A stretch of DNA of 64,000 bases from the NCBI GenBank assembly GCA_051313645.2, contig JBNRSN020000004.1:14136001-14200000 (forward strand), written 5' to 3'. Numbering within the stretch: the stretch's first letter is position 1; every line of letters begins with the position of its first letter. The stretch comes from Centroscyllium fabricii (taxonomy: Eukaryota). Positions 61,809 to 64,000 of this stretch are shown in pieces. A program made the translations under genes and the position numbers. Under the pieces are notes generated by a model that was given only the letters and a program-made list of their open reading frames with translations, had not been told where the DNA came from and ran no database searches.

Positions 61809-63628
61809 TTAAAAATTTTCACAGACTCTGATTCCACCGCCCTCTGAGGAAGAGAGTGCCAGAGACTCACGACCCTCGGGTGAGAAAAAAACATTTCTCC
61901 TCATCTCTGTCTTCAATGGGCGACCCCTTATTTTTAAACAGTGACCCCTAGTTCTAGATTCTCCCACAAGAGGAAACATCCTCTCCACATTCACCCTGTC
62001 CAGACCCCTCAGGATCTTATGTTTCAATCAAGTCACCTCTCACTCTTCTGAACTCCAGCGGAGTCAAGCCCAGCCTGTCCAACCTTTCCAAGACACCCCG
62101 CCCATTCCAGGTATTAGTCTAGTAAACCTTCTCTGAACTGCTTCCAACACATTTATATCCTTCCTTAAATAAGAGACCATACTGTACACAGTGCTCCAGA
62201 TGTGGTCTCACCAATGCCCTGTGCAAATGAAGCATAACCTCCCTACTTTTATATTCACTTCCCCTCGCAATAAATGATAACATTCGATTAGCTTTCCTAA
62301 TTACTTGCTGTACCTGCATGGTAACCTTTTGCGATTCATGTACCAAGACACCCAGATCACTCTGCATCTCAGAGCTCTGCAATCTCTCACCATTTACATA
62401 ATATGTTTCTTTATTATTCTTCCTGCCAAAATGGACAACTTCACATTTTCCCACATTATACTCCCTCTGCCAGATCTTTGCCCACTCACTTAACCTATCT
62501 ATATCCCTTTGTAGCCTCCTTATGTCCTCTTCACAATTTACTTTCCTACCCATCTTTGTGTCATCAGCAAATTTAGCAACCATACCTTCGGTCCCTTCGT
62601 CCAAGTCATTTATATAAATTGTAAGAAGTTGAGGCCCCAGCACTGATCCCTGTGGCACACCACTCGTTACATCTTGCCAATCAGAGAATGACCCATTTAT
62701 GCCGACTCTCTGTTTCCTGTTAGCGAGCCAATCTTCTATCCAGGCCAATATGCTACCCCCTACACCATGAGCTTTTATTTTCCACAATAACCTTTGATGT
62801 GGCACCTTATCAAATGCCATCTGGAAATCTAAGTACAGTAGATCCACCGGATCCCTTTTATCCACAGCACATGCTCCTTCCTCAAAGTATTCCAATAAAT
62901 TGGTTAAACATGATTTCCCTTGCACAAAACCATGTTGTCTCTGCCTGATTAACTTGAACTTTTCTAAGTGCCCTGCTATAACCTCTTTATTAATAGCGTC
63001 GAACATCTTCCCTATGACGGATGTTAAGCTAACTGGCCTGTAGTTCCCCGCTTTCTGTCTCCCTCCCTTTTTGAATAAAGGAGTTAGGTTAGCTATTTTC
63101 CTATCTAATGGAACCTTCCCCGAAATTAGGGAATTTTGGAAAATTAAAACCAACGCATCAACTATCTCACTAGCCACTTCTTTAAGACCCTAGGATGAAG
63201 TCCATCAGAACCTGTGGACTTGTCCACCCGCAGCTCCAACAGTTTGCTCAGTACCACTTCCCTGGTGATTGTAATTTTCCTGAGTTCCTCCCTCCCTTCC
63301 ATTTCCTGATTTACAGCTATTTCTGGGATGTTACTTGAATCATCTTTCGTGAAGACCGATGCAAAATACCTGTTGAATTCAACTGCCATCTCCTTATTTT
63401 CCATTATTAATTCCCCAGACTCACTTTCTATAGGACCAACGCTCACTTTGTTAATTTTTTAAAAATATCTATAGAAATTCTTACTATCTGTTTTTATATT
63501 TCTAACTCGCTTTCTCTCGTACTCTAATTTGTCTCTCCTTATTAATGTTTTGTCATTCTTTGCTGTTTTTTTATATTCTGTCCAATCTTCTGACCCGTCA
63601 CCCATCTTTGCACAATTATATGCATTTT

Positions 63629-63937
63629 CATAGAATACCTACAGTGCAGATAGAGGCCATTTCGGCCTATCGAGCCTGCACCGACACATATCCCACCCTA
63701 TCCCCATAACCCCACATATTTAATCCCCCTAACACTAAGGGTCAATTTATCCTGGCCAATCAACCTAACCCGCACATCTTTGGACTGTGGGAGGAAACCG
63801 GAGCACCCGGAGGAAACCCACGCAGACACGGGGAGAATGTGCAAACTCCACACAGATAGTCACCCGAGGCCGGATTTGAACCCGGGCCCCTGGCGCTGTG
63901 AGGCAACAGTGCTAACCACTATGCCACCGTGCCGCCC
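63629..63937 (-). mobile_element. HE1-like V-SINE with an alternative 3' tail
   Basis: Same head and core as 9563; tail ggcctctatctgcactgtaggtattctatg. Confidence 0.88.
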
Positions 63938-64000
63938 TTTTTCTTTAACTTTAATACTATCGTTAACTTTTTTAGTTAACCACAGATGGTCGGTCCTCCC

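Larger units (their letters stand above)
61430..64000 (-). mobile_element. Long degraded CR1 ORF2 fragment
   Basis: ORFs 62119-63446 with RT motifs. Confidence 0.9.

Overview
Repeat-dense eukaryotic DNA, almost certainly from a cartilaginous fish (HE1-type V-SINEs, abundant CR1 LINEs, Penelope remnants), probably an intron of a plus-strand host gene that I cannot identify. Most of the window is nested transposons: about 20 CR1 pieces, including one with an intact 948-aa ORF2 inserted into an LTR; two near-full-length Ty3/Gypsy elements (Mag/Gulliver-like by my recollection of the motifs); solo LTRs; Rex1/Babar fragments and non-coding elements sharing their 3' tail; PIF/Harbinger MITEs; Penelope-derived fold-backs carrying minimal hammerhead ribozyme motifs; and three minisatellite families (26, 24 and 33 bp). 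The strongest signal is in both Gypsy elements. Neither has a tRNA primer-binding site. In each, the 13 nt at the PBS position are exactly complementary, with co-variation between the families, to the poly(A)-signal segment of the element's own LTR, which suggests self-priming and/or masking of the 5' poly(A) signal. Their RT active site is also non-canonical (YLDN/YLNN). Other notable items are a structured module in CR1 3'UTRs, a perfect 62-bp inverted templated insertion, YY1/E-box/GC-box arrays inside gag-pol, and a candidate 24-nt microexon. All calls were made by eye, with no database searches.
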